A DNA stretch of 28,724 bases, from positions 1-28,724 of the forward strand of contig JAZDJU010000047.1 of assembly GCA_043803685.1 (NCBI GenBank), in the 5' to 3' direction. Shown here piece after piece: positions 8,842-19,200 of this stretch. The notes under the pieces were generated by a model. That model was given only the letters and a program-made list of their open reading frames with translations. It did not search any database and was not told where the DNA came from. Position numbers and translations under genes: made by a program. The stretch is from Candidatus Omnitrophota bacterium (lineage in GTDB: Bacteria; Omnitrophota; Omnitrophia; Omnitrophales; Aquincolibacteriaceae). Each line of letters begins with the position of its first letter. Positions within the stretch are counted from its first letter, which is position 1.

Positions 8842-9342
8842 TCAAGTCTCTAGGCTTAGCGATCGTTGAGCGGAAACGGTTCTTTCGTGTTCCAATAGCG
8901 TTCGCTTCCACTTCGTCCCTGCCGAATACGCCCCAAGTCCCCCCTTCGACGGAATGACCCGATGACACGGGATCACGATCGGCAATGGATTCTTTCGCAT
9001 TGCGGTACCTACTGCGCGTGCCGCCCCAGGATGTCCCGCCCGCTTCGCAAGCGATCCGTAAGTAATGACCGTTCCCGCGGGAACCCTCTGCAAAGCACGA
9101 TAAACATTCCTTTCAAACTCTGTGCATCGCGAGAGATCGAGATCCATCTTAAAAACCGTTTTTGGATCCTTGAAATAAACCGCGAAGGCCCTCTTGACCC
9201 GTTCACACACCCGGTGTGTACCTAAACACACACCCGGTGTGTGCGCAGGGTTCTTACCTGGAAAGCGCACAGCACACAAGCCCTTCGGAGTTACAAAGAG
9301 GCTGAAAATCCCGTACTTTGTCTTGACCGGTATCTTTTGCAT
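8842..9342 (-). CDS. ogt: methylated-DNA--protein-cysteine methyltransferase
   Basis: VPAGTVITYGSLA, AARAVGTAMRKNPLPIVIPCHRV with the active-site PCHR, KRTLLEHE. Confidence 0.93.
   Translation of the reverse strand: MQKIPVKTKYGIFSLFVTPKGLCAVRFPGKNPAHTPGVCLGTHRVCERVKRAFAVYFKDPKTVFKMDLDLSRCTEFERNVYRALQRVPAGTVITYGSLAKRAGHPGAARAVGTAMRKNPLPIVIPCHRVIPSKGGLGAYSAGTKWKRTLLEHERTVSAQRSLSLET
9204..9242. repeat. tandem pair of near-palindromic 16-mers (cacacacccggtgtgt x2) inside ogt
   Basis: Identical copies at 9204-9219 and 9227-9242. Confidence 0.8.
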
Positions 9343-9344
9343 TT

Positions 9345-9386
9345 GTCTAGAGGCTGTCGTCTGAGGTCTGCGGTCTGAAGTCCCGA
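9345..9386. repeat. heptamer tandem repeat (GTCTGnn family)
   Basis: gtctaga ggctgtc gtctgag gtctgcg gtctgaa gtcccga. Confidence 0.65.
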
Positions 9387-9476
9387 TTTTCTGTCCAAAC
9401 TTTCCATTTCTTTCCCTGATGGTAGTTTGGACTGCACTGATTACCTTCGTCTTTTTATTGATGAGAATCAGTGCTG
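9383..9476. repeat. two-hairpin intergenic element, copy 1 (copy 2 at 26934-27053)
   Basis: Stems gtccaaact/agtttggac and gcactgatt/aatcagtgc; the 26-nt core tgatggtagtttggactgcactgatt is identical in both copies. Confidence 0.8.
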
Positions 9477-11201
9477 TTATTCAGAAAATCGGTTCGTGAT
9501 CGGCATCCGGCGGCCGAACCAGGCCTTTTCAGACACGCGCAGGACAGGCGGCGTTTGGCGGCGCTTGTATTCGTTGTGATCGACCTTGCGGATCACATCC
9601 GCTATGATCGCTGCAGAAGCGCCATTTTTGAGCGTGCGAAGGATCGCGTCACGGCTCAGGTTCTTTTCGATGTAAAGATGAAGCACCGCATCCAGCACCT
9701 CGTACGGCGGCAAGGAATCCTCATCCTTTTGGTCCGGGCGCAATTCCGCGGACGGAGCCTTCGTCAAAGTCGCTTCAGGGATCACAGGCCTGATCGTGTT
9801 GCGGTAATGCGCCAAACGATAGACATCCGTTTTGTAAACGTCACCAATCACCGCGAGCCCGCCCGCCATGTCGCCATAAAGCGTGCAGTAGCCCATCGCG
9901 AGCTCCGATTTGTTCCCGGTCGTCAGGACGAGCCGCCCTTCGTGATTGGAGAGGAACATCAACTCGAGTCCGCGGAGCCGCGCCTGCAGATTTTCCATCG
10001 CCAAATTCGGGACACGTTCCACGCTCCACGCACCACGTTTCTTACTTCTCCCGTGGCCCGTGGCTCGTGGCTCGTGGCACTCGCTTTTCAGAAACGTCTC
10101 ATACATCTTCTTGATCGGCTTCACCTCGAACGCGATCCCGAGGTTCTTCGCCAGCTGTTCGGAATCTTTCCAACTCCCCTCCGACGAGAACGGGCCCGGC
10201 ATAGTCACACCTTTGACCGCGTCAGCCCCTAGCGCGTCAACGGCCAGCGTCGCAACAAGCGCGGAATCGATGCCGCCGCTCAGACCGATCACGGCCTTCG
10301 TGAACCCGTTCTTCCGGAAATAATCCCGGAGCCCCATCACGAGCGCGTTATACGTTTCCTTAGACTTCCCGGTCCATTCAGGAAGCGGCACTTCGCGCGG
10401 TTGACCCGATGTACACCTACGAGGTGTACAAGAGTTCCAGTTGTAAAAGAAAAGTCCTTCCTCAAAGGCTGGCGCGCGAAAAAGAATACGACCCTTTGCG
10501 TCGCAAAAAACACTGCGCCCGTCAAAAAGAAGGTCATCCTGCCCTCCCACCTGGTTGACATAAAGCATCGGAAGGCCATACCGCACGGATTGCCCCTTGA
10601 GCTGAGCATCACGGATCCCGGCAACGCCGCGATAGTAGGGCGAGGCGGAAAGGTTGATAACAAGATCGGCTTTCTGTTTTTTTAAAGCTTGAAGCGGTTT
10701 GACCGGATAGCGTTCGTCCCAGATGTCCTCACAGATCGTGAGGCCCACCTTCCGTCCCTTCCATGACAACAGACCGGATTCATGTCCCGGACGGAAAAAG
10801 ATATCCTCGAGAAAAACATCGTAGGTCGGAAGAAGCTGCTTGTGATAGACCGTGCGGACCTTGCCCTTTTCGATCCAGGCGAGAGCGTTGAAGGATGACG
10901 GATGGAGGATGGCGGATGGCGCCCGTTCTTTATCGATAAATCCGATCACGGCGGCGACTTTTTTGCCACGGGTAGCTGCCGCGATACGGCTAAGGCATTT
11001 AAGGCCCTCGTCCACAAACTGTTTTTTATTGGCCAGATCCCAAACCGGATAGCCGCAAAGCGCCGCTTCCGGAAATACGATGAGGTCAGCCCCTTTTTTC
11101 TCAGCCTGCCCGATCCACGCGATGATCTTGCGGGTATTTTCGGCATAGTCCCCGACCGTCGGGTTCATCTGGGCAATGGCGAATTTCAGAGCTTTTTTCA
11201 T
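9477..11201 (-). CDS. nadE: glutamine-dependent NAD+ synthetase
   Basis: Nitrilase-like domain (IVFPEAALCGY, KQLLPTYDVF, ICEDIW) and synthetase domain (GLSGGIDS, ENLQARLRG, TGNKSELAMGYCTLYGD, KAPSAELRPDQKD). Contains in-frame repeat-derived segments. Confidence 0.96.
   Translation of the reverse strand: MKKALKFAIAQMNPTVGDYAENTRKIIAWIGQAEKKGADLIVFPEAALCGYPVWDLANKKQFVDEGLKCLSRIAAATRGKKVAAVIGFIDKERAPSAILHPSSFNALAWIEKGKVRTVYHKQLLPTYDVFLEDIFFRPGHESGLLSWKGRKVGLTICEDIWDERYPVKPLQALKKQKADLVINLSASPYYRGVAGIRDAQLKGQSVRYGLPMLYVNQVGGQDDLLFDGRSVFCDAKGRILFRAPAFEEGLFFYNWNSCTPRRCTSGQPREVPLPEWTGKSKETYNALVMGLRDYFRKNGFTKAVIGLSGGIDSALVATLAVDALGADAVKGVTMPGPFSSEGSWKDSEQLAKNLGIAFEVKPIKKMYETFLKSECHEPRATGHGRSKKRGAWSVERVPNLAMENLQARLRGLELMFLSNHEGRLVLTTGNKSELAMGYCTLYGDMAGGLAVIGDVYKTDVYRLAHYRNTIRPVIPEATLTKAPSAELRPDQKDEDSLPPYEVLDAVLHLYIEKNLSRDAILRTLKNGASAAIIADVIRKVDHNEYKRRQTPPVLRVSEKAWFGRRMPITNRFSE
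10012..10078. repeat. in-frame inverted heptamer repeat inside nadE (CCACGnn / CGTGGCT family)
   Basis: acacgtt ccacgct ccacgca ccacgtt ... ccgtggc ccgtggc tcgtggc tcgtggc; encodes CHEPRATGHG...RGAWSVERV. Confidence 0.85.
10893..10920. repeat. heptamer tandem repeat (GGATGGC family) inside nadE
   Basis: ggatgac ggatgga ggatggc ggatggc; lies within APSAILHPSS. Confidence 0.75.
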
Positions 11202-11251
11202 TTTAAGATCTCACTCGGGAAACCAACGCTGTAAGGTGAAGCACTCATGGG

Positions 11252-11578
11252 TTACGAACTCTTAAGCGACTTTTTGAGGCGGCCCGCCTGAGGATCGGCG
11301 AGGCTCGCCTGCTTGCGAAGGCGGCTTGCAGGGACCCAACCGCCCTTTTGATGTTCATCACGCCCCTGAGAAACCTCACGAACCAGATTCTTGTCTTTAA
11401 ATTCTTCCAGCATTTCGAGAAGCTCCAAAAGAACCGGGTACGACAACACAGCCCGCACCGGCTTACCGTGGTCGGTCACAAAATAAGTGCGAGGACTTTT
11501 GAGCACTTGCGCAAGATTCTCACGCAGCTCCCGGACCCCGACATGCATTCCTTCTCTCACCAATCCCATTACAGTCAT
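11252..11578 (-). CDS. Phd/YefM-like antitoxin, no adjacent toxin
   Basis: VGVRELRENLAQVL...YFVTDHGKPVRAVLSY...LLEMLE matches the Phd/YefM N-terminal pattern; AGGAGAGG RBS before ATG 11578. Confidence 0.75.
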   Translation of the reverse strand: MTVMGLVREGMHVGVRELRENLAQVLKSPRTYFVTDHGKPVRAVLSYPVLLELLEMLEEFKDKNLVREVSQGRDEHQKGGWVPASRLRKQASLADPQAGRLKKSLKSS

Positions 11579-11654
11579 AGAATTTCCTCTCCTTTTGTAT
11601 GCGCCGTGGACATCTCCGGCCACAAACGTTCTCGTACATTTCTCTGGGTCAGGG

Positions 11655-12581
11655 TCAATGCCATGGCCCTGGAGCGTGCCAATGCGCAGTAAAATCACGA
11701 CTGGAATGAATCGCTTTGACTGGCTCAAGGAGAAAACTTTCAATGCCCCTGGCAATTTCGCAGAGCTCACCTGGAGCATTTTTGATTTCCATCTTCCTCA
11801 AGAATGCTTTCCAAAGCTGCTGGCGGTCAGACGAATTATCATAGATTTCCGCATCAAAAAACGGCATTTTTCCCGGAAGCCCCGTCCCCCTGTGCTCAAA
11901 GGTCCGGCGAATGGCCTGCGTCAATTCTTCTCCGCTGAATCGAAACTGCCGTGCCATAAGCCATATATCATAAAAATCCTTCATCCTACTGTTGAGGTGG
12001 CCCAGCTTAATCATTGCCTCAAATTTTTCGGCGACAACGGTCTCAGCCGCATAACCTTTCAAATAAGCGCTAGGAAAATCGAGGATAGCGGGATAGTTAA
12101 TGGTTTTCGGCTTTGGAAAGACAACGTCTCCAAATCCGATATCAACCTGCATAGGGATCCTTGCTTTCCCGAGAAACCCCGTGAATTTGATCCGGACACC
12201 TTCATAATCCGCATCTTCTTTGATCCTCTCCCCCTTAACCGTCTCCGGATCAAAGAAAAGTCCATCCTGGGGGCCCTCCATAGAACATATTTCTCTAAAA
12301 ACGCTTTCTATGGCGACAATTTCATTATCAAAACGGCCGAGGAAATCAATGTCTCGCGTCGTCCGCATTCCAGGAACCTTCCAAACAACGAACATGAGGG
12401 CGCCCTTCAAAACAAACGTGTCAGCATATTTCGATTGGCTCAATCGATAAAGAAACCTTTCCATTCCATAATATTGGAAGACTTCCGCAAAAGGACGCCC
12501 CGTTTCCTGCGCTTTGTTTTGCAACCGGGCGCGAACTGAAGCTTCGATGTTTTTTGGTTCCGGGATTTTCTTGGACGTCAT
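11655..12581 (-). CDS. AbiEii/AbiGii-family nucleotidyltransferase toxin (type IV TA)
   Basis: ERFLYRLS, FVLKGALM, RTTRDIDF, VDIGFGD, AEKFEAM, NSRMKDFYDI; ATGA overlap with the upstream antitoxin. Confidence 0.9.
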   Translation of the reverse strand: MTSKKIPEPKNIEASVRARLQNKAQETGRPFAEVFQYYGMERFLYRLSQSKYADTFVLKGALMFVVWKVPGMRTTRDIDFLGRFDNEIVAIESVFREICSMEGPQDGLFFDPETVKGERIKEDADYEGVRIKFTGFLGKARIPMQVDIGFGDVVFPKPKTINYPAILDFPSAYLKGYAAETVVAEKFEAMIKLGHLNSRMKDFYDIWLMARQFRFSGEELTQAIRRTFEHRGTGLPGKMPFFDAEIYDNSSDRQQLWKAFLRKMEIKNAPGELCEIARGIESFLLEPVKAIHSSRDFTAHWHAPGPWH

Positions 12582-13180
12582 ATCAGGGATTCCAGGATGG
12601 GCTGTATGACTTTCACAACGCGACAAATTTTGGCGTATCTCATGATTTCCCTGGGAGACACTTTTTTTTCTGACAGTGCATTTTTAAGGGCCTTGAGAGC
12701 AACATCAAAGCCGATCTTATTTCTAAATTTGAAACAATCAGCGATCGTCTTGGCGAGACTGTAGATCCTGACCTCCTGCCCCACGATCTTCTGAACCTCT
12801 ATTCCCACTTGCCATGCATCCTGAGTAAAACGATAGTATTTCACAGGCGGGTGGCTGATTTTATTAGCGTGAGCACCTCGGGGAATAGCGAGATCGACGT
12901 GACGCGGAATTTCGTCCGTCACTTCATAAAAAGCAAGGGCAGAAATAAGGCATACAACCCCTTTGGGTGCTTTTATGGAAGCAATGAGCAAATCCGGATT
13001 GATGAGATCGTCAACTTCCGCAAGCTTATAAACCGACCTACTCATCTTCTGGACGCGTCCCGAAGCAATGAGAGATTGCAGAATGTCGTTATGAAATCCA
13101 GCTTTTTTAATGTCGGGGTACTGCACAACCCCTCCATGCCGTTTAAAAAGCTCTACAAGGCTATCCCCTCTAGCTCCCAT
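12578..13180 (-). CDS. AbiEi-family antitoxin / transcriptional regulator (type IV TA)
   Basis: N-terminal wHTH-like GRVQKMSRSVY; GVVCLISALAFYEVTDEIP; IYSLAKTIADCFKFRNKIG; translationally coupled to AbiEii. Confidence 0.88.
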   Translation of the reverse strand: MGARGDSLVELFKRHGGVVQYPDIKKAGFHNDILQSLIASGRVQKMSRSVYKLAEVDDLINPDLLIASIKAPKGVVCLISALAFYEVTDEIPRHVDLAIPRGAHANKISHPPVKYYRFTQDAWQVGIEVQKIVGQEVRIYSLAKTIADCFKFRNKIGFDVALKALKNALSEKKVSPREIMRYAKICRVVKVIQPILESLI

Positions 13181-13198
13181 ACAAATACGCTCCGTTTA

Positions 13199-13243
13199 TT
13201 TACATTTGTAAAAAAGTGTAGTGAATCAGATCGCTTTTGTCAA
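13199..13243 (-). promoter_or_regulatory. abiE promoter TTGACA-17nt-TACACT with candidate operator palindrome TTTACA-nn-TGTAAA
   Basis: tgtcaa at 13238-13243, agtgta at 13215-13220, palindrome at 13199-13212 over the expected transcription start. Confidence 0.65.
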
Positions 13244-13290
13244 CTGTCTGTTTTTGATGTTTTTGATGGGTTTTGATAGGGACGATACCG

Positions 13291-16200
13291 TCAAGCCGCA
13301 ATGGCGAAAACAAGACTGCTTTCGTAGGCCTTTTGGATGCCGGTCAATAAAGTTTCCGCGACGGTCCAGAAACCGTCCTTTTCGAGGCTCACGCCGGCAA
13401 GCCTTGCCTTCTCAGCTCCGGAAATTGCCCAGAGAAGCGCCACAGCAAGCGTCCCGCCCTTCTCCCCGTGTTGCTTAAAGAACATGACGCGTTTCCCCAG
13501 GGATCTGACAACCGCAGACGTCGGCTGTACTTCCTTGGAAAGATGGATCGTTGGCATATTCGTTTTGCCGAAAACCGCCAAGGCACGGCTCAGGTCCTGA
13601 TCAGTCCTCGTTACACGGTCGGACTTGAGAAACTCAACCCACTGTTTGTCCCGAACCTGGCCATGCTCATTGTAGACAATGGTCCGCACGGCCTTATTCG
13701 AAAACGCCACATAAAAACACTCCCGCTTCTGCGCCGGAGAAAGGCTTCCAAGATCATCAGCATCCACAAACCACATCGCCGGCTGCACATTCTTCCGGAT
13801 CGCCCGAACTATCGCATCTGCTCCCTCACCGAGAACCTTCGACGAGCCCGGAGTATTTAGTTCGGAGTTCGGAACAACTATTTGTCTCTCCGAGCTCTCT
13901 GCTCCTGTCCCCGAACTAACAAGGTTCCTCAGCTCTGAACGGAAGGCGGTAGAATCCGCTACGGGGCCGGAGAACTCGAGGTGAGAGGCGATGAGCTCGG
14001 ATTCGAACTGGACCTGTTTTTTGCCGTCATGCGGCTGTCGCAGGGGCTCATCCGAAGGATCCGAGGCATGGAACACGGAGAGCTGGATCGTGTGGCCGCC
14101 AAAATCCTGCGTCGTAGGGAGCTGATACGTATCCTGTAATTCTTTGCGAATTGTTTTTTTCTTTTCATTGAAGAGCTGTGCGGCATCGTTACTTGAACGA
14201 ACCAGCAATATCGGGATCACCTCGCCGGAGGTCATATATTGCACAAGTCCCTCAAAGTTAGATCTTTCTTGATGAATTTTGTAAAATTCCCTGACCGTAC
14301 GTTCATCCAAACGAACGGGATTGGCAACATAAACCTCAAAACCTGCCTCCCGAAATTTTTCAATGATCTTGTCCTTGATCAAAAGCCCATCCCTCTTGAT
14401 CATCGCAAAGGTCACTTTCCCCTGTCTGATCCCCTCCACAAACTCTTGGTAGGGATGCATGCCCACCTTGGCGATATCCCGGATCTCCGCCCTGGCCTTG
14501 CCAGGGACGGATCCGTCCTGCTTCGTAGGCAGATCCGAACGTTTAGGCGTGTCATCCGAACGCTGCCACGCTTGGAGATGGAGCTGAGCCTGCTGTTCGG
14601 CGATGAGTTGGCGGACGGTTTTGCCCTGGATCTTGTTGAGCCAGGCAAGAACTTCGGCAGCGCCGTCCATTTTTTCGCCATTCGAAATAAGCACGTGATC
14701 TGCCACGCGCAACGAAAAGGCCTTGTGGTGACTTAGCGCAACGGACAGATCGACCTCCGGCTTATCCGGCGCCGCGAAGTCATGATTTAAGACGGGAAGA
14801 TCGTTGAGCCCGTCACCGATCGCCACCGTCAACAGCAGATCCTTTTCACGCTTTGCAGGATACCGGTGCCTGATGGCCTCGACGCCGTCCAATTTCGTCA
14901 GGGCGGAAACATCCAGAAAATCCAGTCCCGGAATAAACTCGAGCCTCTCCTTCGTTCCAGCCATATCTTTCTTGACCGACTGTGCGGCTTCATAAAAAAA
15001 GTCGTGCCCGAGCCATGGATAGGTCCGGGAGGCCATCACGGTATCGATCGCCATCTTCGCCCCCGAATCATAAATAAACGCGTTTCTTCCAAAAAGCTGT
15101 GGCAAAAGATAAACAACCACGTTCTTACTTTCGCCATCAGGGATCTTTTTCCAATGCCGTAATTTGCGCTGGATCGCCTTCATCGCATCGGCCCGCGAGA
15201 CTTCGATCTGGGACTCCGTCAACGGTACATCGGGAATTTTTCCCGCCTTCAGAAGCGCTTTTAGTTGATCATAAAAAGCATGGGCCATGGAGGTTGCCAG
15301 TCGTCCTTTCATAGGCACCGGCCACGCAGCAACAAGCGGCGAACTATGCAACTCACCGTTTTTGTGAAGTGCGCTGACAATGGTCCCCCCCGCAGATGTT
15401 ATAAACCAACGATGCGTCACGCCTGTCTGAACCAGGTGCCCGATCAGGGATTGCTGTGATCGCACCACCGAATGGGCATCGTCTCCCGTATTCACAATAA
15501 GTCTGTTAGCATCATTGGATTCGACGACGGATCGAGCGTCGACGCCCGTACCAATAATGACCCGATTCGCGTTATACGAGAGAAGATCCATCAACTTATC
15601 GTGAATAGCGTCAGACAGCGGCCTCCCCAGATGCAAGGTGAGCGTTCCTGTATTGTCGGAGATCAGATCGATCGCGATGGGACGGTCCCAGAATTTTGTT
15701 GGCACACGCTGCGCGAGATCGAAAACGGCTGGAACCAGCCGCGCCTCAGAACGGGCGTTCAGGAAATAAAGGAACGTTTTTTCGAGGCCTTCCCGAAGAG
15801 GAACGCTCGGGGCATAATCAAGGATAGTGCGGGCCCGTGTGAGATCGGGCTGACGCTTCACGGGGTCAGAAGGGTCGATGGCCCCCACGACATGCACCGG
15901 CACAGTTCTGTTAAGATGTTTTTTACCCAGCTCATTCACAAGATCCGCGAGCTCTCCAAGAGTAAATTCTCCGTCGTTCCCGATATTGAAGACCCGGTCC
16001 TGGATCGGCGTCGCCGAGGTAAGTTTGTCCGTCCTCAGGAGTTTCAGTAAGCCATCCACGGTGTCATCTACATACCCAAAGCTCCGCGTAATACTCCTGT
16101 TCCCGTAGATCTCGATCGGCTGGCCTGTCAGTACTTTTCCGATAAAATTCGTTACGGCGCGTCCATCATCAAGACGCATAAATGGCCCATAGGTGTTGAA

Positions 16201-19200
16201 AGGTCTCGCAATGCGGAAATCAGGTCCTTTTTCCGCATATTTGGCCGCATAGAGTTTTATTAACGTTTCCGCGCCGCGTTTTGACTGGTCATATTGAGAG
16301 CGCTTCAGGAAGGAACTTACATTCCCCTCGTAGGTCTCCGCTTGGGGATGGACCTTGGCATCGCCATAAACCTCGGAAGTCGATGTGAAAAGAAACCGCG
16401 CATTTTTGCTCAACGCTAACTCGACCATCTCACGGGTGGCCAGCAATCCGGACCGTAAAGTTTCAAGGGGACGCACATAATAGTCCGGCGGACTTGCGAG
16501 CGAAGCAAGATGGATCACCTGGTCCACGGGGCCTTCAATGTCGAACGGTTTGGAGACATCCCATTTCTTGAAATAAAGATCCGGCTCCTTTTGAAAAAAC
16601 GAGGAAAAATCCTTGTTCGCGGTGATCAGATCATCCAGAGCAATGACCTGATGTCCCTCCGCAAGAAGCCTCTTCACCAGATTGATCCCGATGAATCCGG
16701 CAGCACCCGTAACCACGATACGTTTTTTTCCTGCGGGAATCGGTGGCAGGTCCGGCCGGATCATTTCCCGCGCAGCATCGCTCTGTTCCGTTCCCGCAAT
16801 CAGAGCAATCGCTCGCGACTCCAAAGAAAGTTCCGGCTTCCGGGAAGGGATGATCGTAAGAGCATCCGCCAACCTGAACATCCGCGCCTCCATTTGCGAT
16901 TCAGGGGTCCCCCCCTCGACCCGAACATCTTTCGATAAGAGCTTCTTTACGGCCATTGCGATCGGCGCCTGGGGAACATTTACAGCCGGAAGCTGAAGGA
17001 CCCGCACGTCCACATTGCCCAATTCTTTAAACCGGAAATACGCGCTGGCCCAAGCCAAAGCCGTTCGAGCTCCTTCGATCCAGGGGGCTTCTTCTGCCAG
17101 AGGTCCGAAACCGTCCAATTTTTCAGGGATCACAAGGACTACGGGTAACTTTTTCTGAGCGGCGTGTTCGAGCAGTTTCGGAAATTCAAAGACCATTTCA
17201 TTAAAATCGCGCCATGCAGCATCAGAGTTCTTGTTTCCCTTCGGGAGTAGCGGCGTTTGATACGCCAGCCCCTTCTCCGCGCCAGTCCGAGAGTCACGGA
17301 TCACCCAGGCTTCTGCATTCCCCTTCGTTGCTTTCCCCCACACGTCCCGCATCTCCGCCCGATTCTTCGCATCGGGACGGATCCGTCCTTCGCTTTGCAA
17401 AGGCGGATCGGAGCGACGAGCTTCGAGCGTCTTTGCGAAAAAACCGATCGTTTCCGGTCGAGACCGGATCGTTCTGTTCATCGCGTTCCGAATACCCGCC
17501 TCCGTCAAAGCATCGTAATTCTTCAAGAATTCCATGGAAAAAATGCGATTGATGAGTTGGTAGGAACCCCACGTCTCCCCCGGAAGCTCGGGAAGCACGT
17601 CCATCCCGGGTTCCCGGACCACCAGCCAAGCGCTCTTCCCGCTCCAAGCCACACTAAAAGGAAGACCCGCTTTGTCCAATTCCGGAAGAACAGCGGAAAG
17701 TGCCTGCGAAAGGACTTTCACTGTCGGAGCACTCCACCGCGTCACAAAAGCTTCGGAGTCCTTTGCGTCAGCATCAAGCCTCAGACCGGGGAATTCCCTG
17801 GAAAATTGCTCGGCCAGCACACGGCCTTCCGCATCGCGAACGGCAACAAATCCCTCGCCGAGTTCTACCGTTCCTGGATAAACCTTTGCGTGGATGTGAT
17901 TCTGGGATGCTCCCGACATAGCCCCTTCAAAATAGATCGTGAGGCCGCTCGAGTTGAAAGACATCTCCGTAAGATCACTGATATCTTCTTTTGTAAGACG
18001 CTGTTCTCTCAAATTCCCGGGCTTGCTCAAATCTGGAATAAGGAGATATCCACCCCGTTCATCGATCGGGCTGACGTTCTGGTAAACCTGCCAGATCCGG
18101 TGATCTTGCGCCGTGATCCGGGCGACTTCCGGCCGGTTCTTGAGCGCCAATACGCCAGCATCAAATGAACACGTATTGGGATCATGCGGCGCTTTAAATC
18201 TTTGCCTCCGTTCTTCCAAAGATTGGAGAACGAACGGACCTGGGCGCAAACTGCGATTCCAGATGAAATTCGCTATAAAAGGGCCGACCCTTTTTTCAAG
18301 AACGACATCTTGGAGATCTTCCCCCATCGCAAGATCCGTGGCGAATTGCTCCACACTTTCGCGATCCTTCGAGATCCTGACCCCATACTCGATGTCCTGC
18401 CCCGTGCCCGGATCTTTCGTGGTCGTAAGGATCTTTTTGTTTCTCACAAGCCAGAGCCAGCTTTGAGTAAGATTCCGTTCCATCAAGATCATCGGGGATT
18501 TCAACATCGCGCCTATTTCGGTCGCTCCGGCTTGCCGGACCTCGGAGCGATTTCTTTCCACCGCAGCACGAAGACCTTCTTCCAGGGTCATTTCGGGCTG
18601 AGTTCCAGGAAGATGTTTTTGAAGCACGTCATAATCTGAAGGGGTCATCATTTTCAAAGGCTGATCGCCATGATCCTCAAGGTCCGGAAGATCCACGCCC
18701 ACGAACGCGGCGACGTTTTTCAAGACTTCAAGCATCGTATAGACGTGTCCCGTCCCGACATGGACGACCTCGGAATGTCTTTTTTCCTCGCCTTCAAGCA
18801 CTCCAAGAACGCCGCTTAAAACGCCAGCCAATTCCGTGGCGGCCATAAAATCACGCGCGTGGTCTGTGAAATGGATCCCTCGAGGACTCTCTCCCCGCCC
18901 GACTCTCTCCCGGTTCTTTTCTAAATGGTTTAAATAAAAACTGATCACGTTAGGATGCATCCCTTCGCCATAAACATTCACGAAACGGAACGCCCATGCC
19001 TGGGCCAATTCCAGGACATCTTTTTCTGCCAACAGCTTCGAGATGGCATAATTCCCGAAAAGAAGGTCCAACGGGAACCGTTCGCCGATCGCTTTTAGAG
19101 CCTGGGTCACTTTCGGCTGTTGCGTCGCAGGCTTGTTGCCCTCTTCCGCCTTGGCGGGATAATACTGCTCATCCAGAAGATTGACGGCCTCGATCAGACT

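Noticed and set aside
5175..9386. Short repeat tracts as possible CRISPR arrays
   Set aside because: Units are 7-8 nt, with no unique spacers and no cas genes in the window
9383..9476. Two-hairpin element as an integron attC site
   Set aside because: No clear RYYYAAC/GTTRRRY core-site pair, no integrase, and it follows a housekeeping gene
11579..11779. Long N-terminal extensions in the ORF track for the Phd-like gene (also miaA, hflX, AbiEii)
   Set aside because: They overlap upstream genes or repeats; downstream starts with an RBS or stop-start overlap fit better
11487..12539. 350-aa plus-strand ORF
   Set aside because: Antisense to AbiEii and the Phd-like gene; no family motifs
13251..13279. 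Short tttttgatg repeats upstream of the abiE promoter
   Set aside because: Only two exact copies of low complexity; a function cannot be supported
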